Below are positions 51,749 through 64,000 of a stretch of DNA of 64,000 bases, one piece after another. The stretch's first letter is position 1. The number at the start of each line of letters is the position of its first letter. This stretch comes from Octopus vulgaris (taxonomy: Eukaryota), in the NCBI GenBank assembly GCA_951406725.2, contig OX597818.1:96658001-96722000 (forward strand), read 5' to 3'. A model generated the notes under the pieces. That model was not told the origin of the DNA and searched no databases. It worked only from the letters and a program-made list of their open reading frames with translations. The position numbers were made by a program, and so were the translations under genes.

Positions 51749-51780
51749 TGCATGTGCATATACATGTGTATATATATATG

Positions 51781-51815
<35 letters not shown>

Positions 51816-51926
51816 GTATATATATATGTATACATATGTATGTACGTATATCTATGTATATATATGTATATATATATATGTATATATATATGTATATATA
51901 TATGCATATATATGTATATGTATCTA

Positions 51927-51975
<49 letters not shown>
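51672..51975. repeat. TA-rich compound microsatellite including the right copy of the LINE flank duplication
   Basis: Directly visible. Confidence 0.95.
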
Positions 51976-52070
51976 CGGGAAGGTTTACGAAAATAAACAA
52001 AAGTCGAAGGCAAGTGGAGTACAAACAAACAAATGTATTAGTATGGCGCTCAGGAACAGAAATAGAACAA

Positions 52071-52110
52071 GTCTTTTACGTTTCGAGCCTACGCTCTTCG
52101 ACAGAAAGAT
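52071..52110 (-). ncRNA. hammerhead-like motif (A6U) in a Penelope-like terminal-repeat fragment (~51976-52167)
   Basis: Minus strand: ATCTTT CTGTCGA A GAGC GTAG GCTC GAAA CGT A AAAGAC; stem I is TCTTT/AAAGA. Confidence 0.6.
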
Positions 52111-52167
52111 ACACAGAAAAATAACAAGGAGAGAAAAAATGCGTGTAGGTGCTAACGATCTAGCATG

Positions 52168-52218
<51 letters not shown>

Positions 52219-52221
52219 TGT

Positions 52222-52261
<40 letters not shown>

Positions 52262-52264
<3 letters not shown>

Positions 52265-53075
52265 GCAGGCACTAGCGTAACGAAAACAATTGAAATGTTT
52301 GGTGTATCAAGAAGTACTGTTTCGAAAGTAATGAAAGCCTTTAAGAGGGAAAAACCTCCTCGTCGAAACAAAACTCTGGACGAAAACCAAAACTTTCAGA
52401 TATGGACCGTCGAACTCTAACGCAAATTGCTAGAAAGGGTCACAAAAGTACTGCTCCCAAAATTACTACAGAGCTTAATGATCACCGCGAGAACCTAGTT
52501 TCCACAAAAACTTTTCGCCGGGAGCTGCAATCAGATGTCATGGGAGGGCTGCAATCAGAAAACCACGACTTTCAAAAACAAACGTTGTAAAGCGTTTAGA
52601 GTGGAGTAGAAACCTACAGAATTTGTCCCGAGAGCAGTGGAAGAATGTTATTTTCTTGGACGAGTCATCCTTTATCTTATTTCTGACCACCGGCCGAGAA
52701 TACGTGTGGAGACAGCCAAAAGAAGCATTTGACCTAGACTGCTTTCTTCCAACTGTCAAACACGGAGGAGGATCTGTGATAATCAGGGGTCTATATCCTG
52801 GATATTCGCCGGCTCAATGGTTTCCCTCCCTGGCAGAATTAATAGTCAAGACTATTTAAGCATTTTATCTGATCAAATTTATCCTATGGTTACGCAATCT
52901 TTCAGGATGATAATGCATCAATTCACACAGCTAAAGTTATAACTGAATGACACGAGGAACATTCTAATGAAGTTGAACATCTTATCTGGCCACCACAGAT
53001 CTCAATGTCAATGAACATTTATGGTGCATTTTAGAAAAACAAGTAAGGAGTCGATATCCTCCACCGTCATCACTA
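52262..53075 (+). mobile_element. Tc1-family transposase fragment, same family as 16211-16790
   Basis: HTH-like VTKTIEMFGVSRSTVSKVM, VIFLDESSF...TVKHGGGSV and FQDDNASIHTAK. Long nucleotide matches to the first copy. Confidence 0.9.
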
Positions 53076-53635
53076 TGTATATATATAAAGTAAGGGCATT
53101 TTAGAGTCTAATCGATGGTTGATATTTCACCTGTTCCAGATCGTTTTTTTTTTCCAAAGGCTGTATATGCTGTGTGAGCTGTCTTTTCATGTTTTCGTTT
53201 CCATTTAGTATTACATTGTCGTAAAACGCAACCCTACGATACGTTCTATTTCAGAATTATCTAGTGTAATATGATCCTTGCTAGGTAACAAGACCTTGTA
53301 TTTTGCATCATTAATTTTCATTCAGTGTTATTTTTATGTGTCATCTAGCTTTTTAGCGAATTTTTTCAACATTTCTTAAAGGTCGTAGATTACTAGATCT
53401 GTGTCGTCACCCTATGTAATATCCAGAGACAAGTCGTCAGTAAGTGACTGATTTTTATCCAAAGCTTTCAATTTTTTAATAACATTCCAAAATGTTGAAA
53501 AGGGTGGAAGATAGCTGCCAGTATCATATCATAACTTTAATCCAATCGTCGGCTGGCCTTTCATGATTACATTACAGTTAATATGGTTGTTTAGTGACTT
53601 TTCGTACTCTCTTTCGTTTTTACAGCTATTACTTT

Positions 53636-53822
53636 TTTACTTGTTTCAGTCATTTGACTGCGGCCATCGTAGAGCACCGCCTTTAGTCAAGCAAATCGCC
53701 CCCAGAACTTATTCTTTGGAAGCTTAGTACTTATTCTATCGGACTCTTTTGCCGAACCGCTAGATTACGGGGACGTAAACACACTAGCATCGGTTGCCAA
53801 GCGATGTTGGGGGGACAAATAT

Positions 53823-53883
<61 letters not shown>

Positions 53884-54299
53884 TTTTATTTTTTTTTCTC
53901 TTTTCTCTTTTTTACTTGTTTCAGTCATTTGACTGCGGCCATGCTGGAGCACCGCCTTTAATCGAGCAACTCGACCCCGGGACTTATTCTTTTGTAAGCC
54001 CAGTACTTATTCTATCGGCCCTTTTGCCGAACCGTTAAGTAACGGGGACATAAACACACCAGCATCGGTTGTCAAGCAATGCTAGGGGGACAAACACAGA
54101 CACACAAACACACACATGCATTTATATACATATATACGACGGGCTTCTTTCAGTTTCCGTCTACCAAATCCACTCACAAGGTTTTGGTCGGCCCGAAGCT
54201 ATAGTAGAAGACACTTGTCCAAGGTGCCTCGCAGTGGGACTGAACCCGGAACCATGTGGTTGGTAAACAAGCTACTTACCACACAGCCACTCCTGCGCC
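53636..54299 (-). mobile_element. full SINE family A (53909-54299) plus an adjacent extra 3' half (53636-53820)
   Basis: Reverse-complement match to 33111-33524; the 3' module is present twice. Confidence 0.85.
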
Positions 54300-54301
54300 T
54301 T

Positions 54302-54360
<59 letters not shown>

Positions 54361-54366
<6 letters not shown>

Positions 54367-55669
54367 GCAGGTTGTCTGTCTGTGTGTCTGTGCGTCTGTC
54401 TGTACGTCTGTCAGGTTGTACCCTCACCCTGACCACGGCTTTCAACCGATTCTGATGAAACTTGACACACACATAGCCCAATGTCATAATTCAAAACTAA
54501 CGCAGCGAAAATTTTGAAAAGTTCCCCCAGTTCTGAAAAAATCTATAAATTCGACATGGGGTCGAGAATCTAAGCTTAGCATATGCAACACATTTTCCGT
54601 TGTAGTTTTCGCAACTTGCAATCCATTTTCACTAAACTCATGGTAAAGCCTAAGGAACTTAATTATGACTTTAGTTTTCCATGCAATACCTTACCATCAG
54701 AAAAAATCGATAAAATCATGCCATTTTGGGAAATCGCATTCAAATTCAAGATGACATATTTTCAACAATATCTTTAACAAATTGGCAGGAATATTTTTTG
54801 AAATTCACAGCGAGCATCATGTCTGCTCCAAGGAGCTATATGGCCCTTTTGATTCCAATAGGATACGTTATTACTGGAAAAAATCGGTTAATTACATCAT
54901 ATGTGGCACACATAGCAAACCGATTTTTCTGCGATAATTTTTGAAAGTTCACGTAGATTTTCCTTACACTGATGTTGGACATCAAGTTTGCATTAAATGT
55001 CAAACTAACGACCTTTTGTCAATGCAGTTAACAAGTATTGGGAGAAATCGACAAAACCATATCACTTTGAGACCGACCATGCGAACCCTACAAAACTGAC
55101 TTTTGTTAAATAGTTCGCGGATTTCAGGCGATTTAGTCAATTTTTGCCGCTTCAGCTAGGAACGTCGTATACACAGAAGTATTGGAGTGAAGAGAAAACG
55201 TTGCAACCTACACATGCGCCTTCGTTCCCTAGACGGAAAATACTAGATCGGGATTAGTCATTGCCTACAAGAGGCTCCCGAGCTCCCTTTCGCTAGACTT
55301 AAGTTAGGATTAGGTAGGGATTAGCTGTGGTCCGAACCCAACTTGGGTTCGGGGGGGCGGTGTCAAAAGGGCCGGCATGTGCAACCTTATCACATCTGCC
55401 TGTCAAACTCCCAACCCATGCGTTCCCGTCGTGACACTGATCCCGCAGAACTGGGTTGGGTGTGCCAAACAAAACCAGAAAATGCACTTTGACTGTCATA
55501 GATGTTCTTCGTGCATGCAAGGGAACTGTGCCTTGAATGCCTTAATGCCTTTTAGGCCTGATTTTACAAAATAACGGTTCAATGAGTACAAAAAAGGGTA
55601 AAAAGGTAAAGGGCATTGCTTATCGACAAAGTTTCTTACATACCCGGGCAACGCCGGGCTATGTTGCTA

Positions 55670-55670
<1 letters not shown>
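54361..55670 (+). mobile_element. non-autonomous Helitron-type element (~1.3 kb)
   Basis: 3' hairpin CCCGG-GCAACG-CCGGG (55643-55658), then CTAG (55667-55670) followed by T. The 5' part has (TA)n-AAAAGGCAG and TGTC repeats, but the 5' TC is not resolved. Confidence 0.65.
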
Positions 55671-55699
<29 letters not shown>

Positions 55700-55700
<1 letters not shown>

Positions 55701-55861
55701 CGTCGGGCTTCTTTCAGTTTCCGTCTATCAAATCCACTCACAAGGCTTTAGTCGGCCCGAGGCTAGAGTAGAAGACAATTGCCCAAGGTGCCACGCGGTG
55801 GGAATGAACCCGGAACCATGTGGTCCGTAAGCAAGCTACTTACCACACAGCTACTCCTGCA
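55700..55861 (-). mobile_element. SINE family A, 5' half
   Basis: Matches 54135-54299 closely. Confidence 0.85.
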
Positions 55862-56509
55862 CCTGTGAACTTCGACAGAAACTTCCACAGATTTTTTTAA
55901 AGATAGCTTTAAAATATACTGATGCTGGGATATACGGCGTTTGATACACTTTTGCTTTTCCAATTATCTAACTATAAAAATGGCATCAATGGTTCCGCTA
56001 TTAGATCTGAAACCAAACTGACATTCTCCTGTCAATTAGACACCTGTACCGAGTCAATTACGATTTTCATTACCTTTATTAACTTTCCTACCTCTACTTT
56101 TGTAAATTCTGCATAAGATAGAGTATCTGAGAATTGCTTTCGACTTGTGTGGAAATTTAGCTTTAAAATGTTTCTCAAATGATCTTTGCTACATTGAAGT
56201 ATCTCAATTATGTATTCATTTTACCTTCTTTATCTTCGTTTATACTACGTATATTTTTCTGTTTTTTTACTCTCCTCTTTTCGGGTTGACATGAAATACT
56301 TGTAACAAATAGTGTTCTTAAAGACAGACTAGTTATTGTATATTTTTTCTTGTAGGTTTTTTTCTGTTTTTATTGCAGTTTTGACTACTTGTTCGCTTTA
56401 GCAATTAGGTCTAGATTGTTCGTAAATTTTACCTTAGCATTTCATGTGTATTCACAGTATGTCTCTCTGAAAATAGACTCCCCACGTGTTCTACGCTTAC
56501 CACTATATA

Positions 56510-56563
56510 TATGTATATATATATATATATATATTTATATATTCGTTATATTTATTTACTTCG

Positions 56564-56617
<54 letters not shown>

Positions 56618-56640
56618 TATATACATATATATGTATATAC

Positions 56641-56698
<58 letters not shown>

Positions 56699-56749
56699 GT
56701 ATATATATACATATATATACTTATATATATATATATATATATATACATA

Positions 56750-56785
<36 letters not shown>

Positions 56786-56836
56786 CATATATATATCTAC
56801 ACATATATATCTACACATATATCTACACATATATAT

Positions 56837-56900
<64 letters not shown>
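56510..56900. repeat. TA/TAC compound microsatellite
   Basis: Directly visible. Confidence 0.97.
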
Positions 56901-56903
<3 letters not shown>

Positions 56904-57349
56904 CAAACGCATTCACTTCATTTATGCCATCTGTCTCGAGTTGCAGCAGGGGTGCAATATCGCTTCCTCTATTTTCTAATCTTGGAGCTACCTCTTAATC
57001 GGCATTTCATGTTATGTCATATCGTTTTGTTACATTTTGTATTTCCTTTTGCTTTGACCTGATTACTGTGATTGCCAACAGTAAAAAATAAGATTGGAAC
57101 CTAACTCAGCTAATTTTTTTTTGGTGGGTGGGGGTCTTCTAGTGAATGTTTGTTTCAAATTCACTCTTAATGTTGCTTGGTTTACATTATATGGTGGTTT
57201 ATTTGAAATTCTTGTTTTTATCTTCTTTAGTCATACATCCTTTCTTTGTCAAAGCCAGCATTTGATCGGTCGTGGTCTTGTCGTTTTAGTTTTAGTTCTG
57301 TAATTAGGAATGCAATTTCAAGTATGCACATATACAAGTATCTGTGTGC

Positions 57350-57351
<2 letters not shown>

Positions 57352-57434
<83 letters not shown>
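57352..57434. repeat. (TG)n microsatellite
   Basis: Directly visible. Confidence 0.98.
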
Positions 57435-57435
<1 letters not shown>

Positions 57436-57989
57436 ATGAACATACTTTTTTGCATACATACTTTGAATCAACTATTTAAGGTTTGAATTGTCTTAGTTTT
57501 TTATGTATGTGTCCTGGCGCATTTATTAAACGCTTAGTACTACGCAGTAATATCGTGGACGGCATTAATTTTTACGCTTAATGTACCGTTTCCTTTGAGG
57601 GAGTAGGTGGTTCTAATATTTTATTGGTGGGTTTCCGCTACACGTACTGATTTCTCTGCCTCTGTAGTTGACTAATTCGTTTGCAGTCCGAACTATTTTC
57701 TTGAATATGAATTTATTTTGATTTTTGGTATCTGCTACGACACATAATCTCACTTCTTTTGCTAAACATGTGTATGCATTCTGTGATTATGTTGTCTTTT
57801 GTGTGATGTGTATGCAACCTATTACGAAACATTTTACGCAGAGATCACGCAGTCTATTCTTCCTTATTTAATGTTCGTTGGTATGTTTTCTTTTAATTAC
57901 TAAATACGCTCTGATAGCATGTTGCATTTCTTTTGTTAATATTCCGGAGTGATCGCATATATTATGCATAACTATATGTGGTGGTGGTT

Positions 57990-58244
57990 GTGGAGGCGCA
58001 ATGGCTCAGTGGTTAGGGCAGCAGACTCGCGGTCGGAGGATTGCGGTTTCGATTCCCAGGGGTGGTGGCGATCCCTGTTATACTCTTTCACCACAACTTT
58101 CTCCCACTCTCTCTCTCTCTCTCTCTCTTCCCGTTTCTTGAGTAACCATGCGATGGACTGGCGTCCCGTCCAGCTGGGGGGAACACATACACCACAGAAA
58201 CCGGGAAACCTGACCCATGAGCCTGGTTAGGTTTGAAAAGGGCG
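57990..58244 (+). mobile_element. SINE family B variant
   Basis: GTGGAGGCGCAATGGCTCAGTGGTTAGGG...GGTTTCGATTCCC...GCGATGGACTGGCGTCCCGTCCAGCTGGGG...GAAAAGGGCG. Confidence 0.8.
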
Positions 58245-59224
58245 ATGTTTATCATTTATATTTGATGGTTCAGCTGGTTGCAGTCATGTAAATATTTTAG
58301 AACCATCCCTTTATAAATACTGCTTTTCATAAACTACGTCTTTCAAAGACAGTTTTCGCTCAACTGGTAAGGACATCTATTGTAGTTGCATTTCTTTTCG
58401 GCTATATGTTATCTATTTCTTGGTCTATTGTCGTTTAGGGTTGGTATATAATAGAGTGGGTATATTATTTTTAATTACTTTTCCACGCTTTGACAGTCCG
58501 CTAACGTAAAACCGTTCGGTAACATGAATTAGCTGTTATGAGTCTAAATTTATAATACTGTATGAATAACACGCACACGCATACACATACACATATGCAT
58601 ACACACGGATATATATACATATATACATATATATATAAATGTGTGCGTGTACGTTCTTATGATATTATGATGTACTTCTAGAAACCGCATAACTTTTGCT
58701 TTACCTACCTCCTCTTCTTCCACCTGCTAGCTAACATCGATTTCTTATATTGACAGCTTCTTCATTATTAATTCAATGAATTCCTCTCATTCTAAGTCTG
58801 TCTCTTTTTTCTCATTATATGTGTTCTTCTTCTCGTCTTCTGTTCCTCTCGATTTTGATGTTTCATTTGGGTTTCTTTTCTCTCTTTCCTCAATTATTCA
58901 TTCTTCTGTCAATCAAAGATCTTCGCCTTCCTCTTAGATTTCTTTCTTTTTCTCACCATCTCTCTCTCCCCCTCTCTATCTCTCTCTTTCTTTTCTTTTC
59001 CTTATATATGTTTCTATATATTTATTTATATATCTGTCCATCGACCCGTCAAGTAATCTATTCATCAGTTAATCTATCTATTCATTATTATATCTAATAA
59101 TCCATCTTTCTCTTTATATGTCTATTAAATTATCTACTTTGATATCTAGTCATCGAATCGGCGAGCTTGGCATCAATATATGTGCCTGAATTTATGTACA
59201 CATGTATGTGTGTGTGTGTTTATA

Positions 59225-59620
<396 letters not shown>

Positions 59621-62600
59621 TAGTAAGGTCGTCTCTCCATCTCGCGTGTTTCACACGTAAAATCTGTAAGTTAGTCTCTAATGATTGATTATAAGTGAAC
59701 CAAGTTTATTCAAACTCAAGAAAATAATTAGGTCTATGAGACTAGTCATGTATAATAAGCACATTGTCTGGAACACCAATTTACACTTACCTTTATACAC
59801 CAACATCTACCTTTTTTCGTAGACCACAGTTAGTCTACACACTCAGGTCAGTATATAAATGATAAGATATCTAGATTCTGGCATTTAATCTTTTGTTGAT
59901 CTTGTAATGTACAATGAAACTGCAATGAAGGCACAGAGAAATGTTTGTGGCGTAGGCTGAACAAGATTTTTCTCAATGTGGACAAGATAAACTCTTCAAA
60001 CCGAAAAACATAAGTTAATGAGAGAGTGTTTATATGGTTACTCATACTGATGGAACTAGCAGCGAAATTTCCCTCATATCATACCCAAACATATCACTCC
60101 TCATCAATATGTCTTGGCTTTTTGTATAAACAAGGTTTGAACGGAAAATTGAACCCATTTGCTGCGTTAGGGCTAACCTACGCTAAACAACGATAACTTC
60201 AGAAAGAAAATATGTATTGGAGTGCCTACAAAATTCTGCTCTCCGGCATTGTTCAACCAGTAACTATATCAGAAGATACCTGTCCTGTCCTACGCCACTG
60301 AAACGATCTCGAAATCAAGCACATGCAGTTAAATATAGAAAAAAACGTAATCTTTGACAAAGCCAATCATTCCCTATGTGCTAAGAATTATATTCACTAC
60401 CAACAATCCTTTAATAAAAATAATAAAATTCTTCCAGCCGAATTACAAGTCATGTAACATATTGCCTGACCTTTCATTTTGGTAAATCATTTTTCATTCT
60501 CATTTCAGAATAATCTCACCTCGGTATGCTACTATTATTTCTAACATTATCGCCATAAAACACAAATAATATATTCACAGATATGCGCTCGCATGCTCAA
60601 ATACAGTTGCCGCTTAATGCAGTTTAGTAAAAATATATTCTTTTATCTAAAAGTTAACCGAACAAAGAGGAAAACAATAACCAAAACAATCAAATAAACT
60701 TTCAAAATGACAGTTACACGCTAAATATAAAGAGGAGACATATCTAAAATGTCAGATTGCTACTTTTACGAGCTGTTACGTTGTTAAATAATAAAAACAA
60801 AATGGTTAATTTCGAAGCTTTATTATATCTGACATTTTGCAATAGTTTGCTTAAGAAGCAATAAATAGAACTCATTGGACAAGTTTTCAGGAAAGAATAT
60901 ACATCTGTGTCATTGTAAAGACTCGGTGATATATTCATTAAAAATTCTATTTGTCTTTGAGAATATGTGCACTGGCGGCGTTTAATTCTGACTCTATATT
61001 TCTGTGTGTATGAGTGATAAATATCGTAAGCAATTTTCTTGCTGGGCACTTATAATATGCATTGTACCTGGAACAGTACCTACTTCATATTCTATTGTAT
61101 CTATTAGGGAATTGGAATATCAACATTTGGAAACCTCGGAAACATTCTCTAATGAGTTCATAATAATCGTTCTTTTTTCAACAGCACACACAATCACTAC
61201 ACATATCAAGAAAACAATGTTTATATCTTCCTACAAATACTAAACATAAGCAAAACGTAACTAAACTGATGCTAGGTATCACCTTTACTAAGAATCTCTC
61301 CTGGTGATTTATTATCGTAAACAAAACAGAAACTGCATCATAGAGACTAGCCTTCTTCTTCAGCACCAGAAGAAGTATTCATTGACTTTCAAGTCTGCTC
61401 AGAGCCGCCTCTCTTGTTATCTGGTACTGAAGACAGCTAACGTGCTAGAAATGCATCTATCAGTCCACAGAAGGCGCTTTAAGCAAATAATGATGTTCAT
61501 ACACCTTTTTTTACATAAACTGAGAACTTTTTCTCCTTGCTAAACTACAGTGAAATAGCTTTTACCAGTTGAAATATATCCCCGAAATATTTTAACTGAC
61601 CTAAAGTTAGATTAGGATGTTATCCCAACTTTTTTTTATAAACTGTTTGTATATGCCAAGAACTGCTAATCCCCAATGAAAATGACAGTTGTGCACAGAA
61701 GGAAATGTAGATGTCTTCAAAGTTTAGTTTCTTAAATCAGAGAAAGGAGAATACGGTATAACATAGCGAAGTTCGAATTAGGCTTAATGTTTCAATGTAA
61801 GTTATTAATAGTGGGTGATATTACTTAAAGCACGTTTAGGAGCAGCTGGACCATGAGATTTTCATGTCAGACACACCGATAGGCATTTTGTAGGAAATAA
61901 AAATAACTATGCTTTCGATGGATTTCTCAAATATAAGGAAGCAGTAGTCTATAACGAGGGACCACAATAAGAATGATAACTCAGGGGCTAATACAATCCG
62001 GAAAGATATCTTGATATCTTGGCTAGGAATTGGACACATTGATCTGCCAAGTATACTAAGTATTACTATGTAATAAAGAACCCGTAGAGAAAAATTATCT
62101 TAGAGTATTTCGTCCCATTACTATTGGACGTTTTCTTCAGTGAAGGTTAGCTATATAATATCAAATGCACGATTTGTATGTGTGCTTGATGAAGTTAATA
62201 CATTGACTCTCAGAATCATAATATTCACTGCTCGCTTTTAATCGATTCTGTCACGGATGCAGTGACCGAGTGGCTATGACTTTCACTTCGCAACCATGAG
62301 GTTCTGGGTTCTATTCCAAAGCGTGGCATCTCGGGTAGATATATTTTATCATGATTTTTGGTTAACCCAAGTTTTATAAGGGAAATTTGTTGAACGGAAA
62401 CTGTTCAACAAAATGAATGTGCTTGTAACTGAAAAAGTCAGCGTTGCCCCACACTTTATTACTCTAATTTTGTTTGAGGATTATGTTAAGAATACAGGTA
62501 ACTGCAGTATACCCAGCCACTTACACAATAATTCAATTAGTGAGCAGCTCAATTGATCGAATCTCTGGAATAAGCATCGTTGAAACTAACGAAGGATCTT

Positions 62601-63180
62601 TTTACAGCATGGAAGAGATGATGAAACCGAAAAATAATTTTTTTTTTAAATCCCATACTTACTTTTAATTGCTTTTAGAAAATTAAAAGTAACTTGCTCT
62701 TAATATTAATTGAAATAATTAACACCTCTGTTAATCATGTGAATCATGAACACGAGTCAGAAGCAACAAAATATTGATATCTTTTTGGTCCAAATCAGGT
62801 CAGCTATGATCGAACAAACCCGAGCATGTTAGTTACTTATTTAATCCATCATCTCGGTGCAATCCACTTATCCATTACTCCATACCATTGATCAACCTTA
62901 TTAAAGATTATACTGTACATTCTCACATGTAGTGAGCCAGATTAGAGATGTCGTCTCTTGCATGGTGTTCTTGTATATGGATGTTCTTGTATGTGATTTC
63001 AAGTGATTTACTCAAAATTCTTTTAGTTACAGACCAGAATTGTCAACTACCATTAAAGAGTGGTAAGAATCTACAAGTTGGGTGCTACATCATGTTATCT
63101 GTGTATCTGTAGACAAACGCTTTTTGATTAGTAGCGAAGAATGGTTTACAGATGTAGACTGAATTTTATCAGTTTATATA

Positions 63181-63410
63181 CAGGGCTGACCAAAAGTCAC
63201 CTGACAGTAAATCAAAACCATTTAATTCCAAGATTTATTTATGTGTAACAACTGAATGAATTTAATAAAAACATCTAAATATGAGACATCATGAAAATTG
63301 TTCAAACTGAAGTCCTTGAACGATACATTTCTCCATTCTAGGCAATACAGAATTATAGATTGTATTTATTGAATTTTCCTTTACTGTCAGGTGACTTCTG
63401 ACCAACCCTG
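63181..63410. mobile_element. Tc1/mariner-superfamily MITE (230 bp)
   Basis: 31-bp TIRs CAGGGCTGACCAAAAGTCACCTGACAGTAAA vs CAGGGTTGGTCAGAAGTCACCTGACAGTAAA (27/31), with TA on both sides. Confidence 0.85.
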
Positions 63411-64000
63411 TATATAACACACAACATCTAATAGTCCATAATTAGTCTTTATTTTTGAGACATTACCCAAAGCCGGAGACAGAATTCGAATCGCCTACAC
63501 TTCTGCGAATATGATTATATTCCATTAACCTAGTCATCTATCATTGTCTTTTTTAAAATTTACCTATCTCTTTCCTCCCCACCTCTCTCTCTCTCTCAAT
63601 TTAACGAAAAACTCATAAGTGTTTTTGTTAACTAAAATTATGCACTGTCCACCTCATGATGTATATATTCATTTCCGTAAGATGCTAAAAATAAATTGAA
63701 GTGTCTTTCCTGTGACACAGTGCAAGACTATGGACGAAATAACAATTCTAATAACAGATTAATATTATTAATAGTATTAATATTATTAATATTGCTAATG
63801 TGTTATACGCATATTACAAATAAATTTCAGTAACTCTATTGGTCATTTAGGCACATCATCTACCAGTGAAGAATAAGCCGATGTATCAAATCTATTCTTC
63901 ATATCAAATGTTTGAACTGAACACTGAAAGCAATGAAGGAACTATCATATAGTATATAGATGGGGATAAACTATAACTCTAGATGGTATGGGGCTGTAGT

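Noticed and set aside
62095-62146. Further hammerhead-like string on the minus strand: CTGAAGA AAAC GTCC...GGAC GAAA TACTCTA
   Set aside because: A 4-nt insertion before stem II, and no credible stem III or stem I; may be chance or a very old copy.

Overview
AT-rich, microsatellite-saturated eukaryotic DNA. The repeat landscape suggests a cephalopod, probably Octopus; this is inference, and no host protein-coding exon could be supported. The window holds: (1) a near-complete R4/Dong-type RLE retrotransposon between two TAA tracts (about 6931-12464, +); (2) a near-complete CR1-group LINE (47015-51670, -) with an unusual Myb/SANT-like + polyQ + twin CCCH ORF1 and a long flanking duplication; (3) a 5'-truncated Penelope-like GIY-YIG element whose presumed 3' region holds a 2.7-kb CA/CATA array; (4) Tc1 fragments, Helitron-type elements, MITEs and at least three SINE families; (5) one tRNA-Ala(AGC); (6) a CRE/X-box/E-box promoter-like island. 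The most striking unannotated signal is at least eight minimal type-I hammerhead ribozyme motifs. Four of them sit in or next to fold-back palindromes, and in two of these the turn lies inside the ribozyme itself. All alignments and folds were done by eye, so repeat-copy coordinates are approximate.
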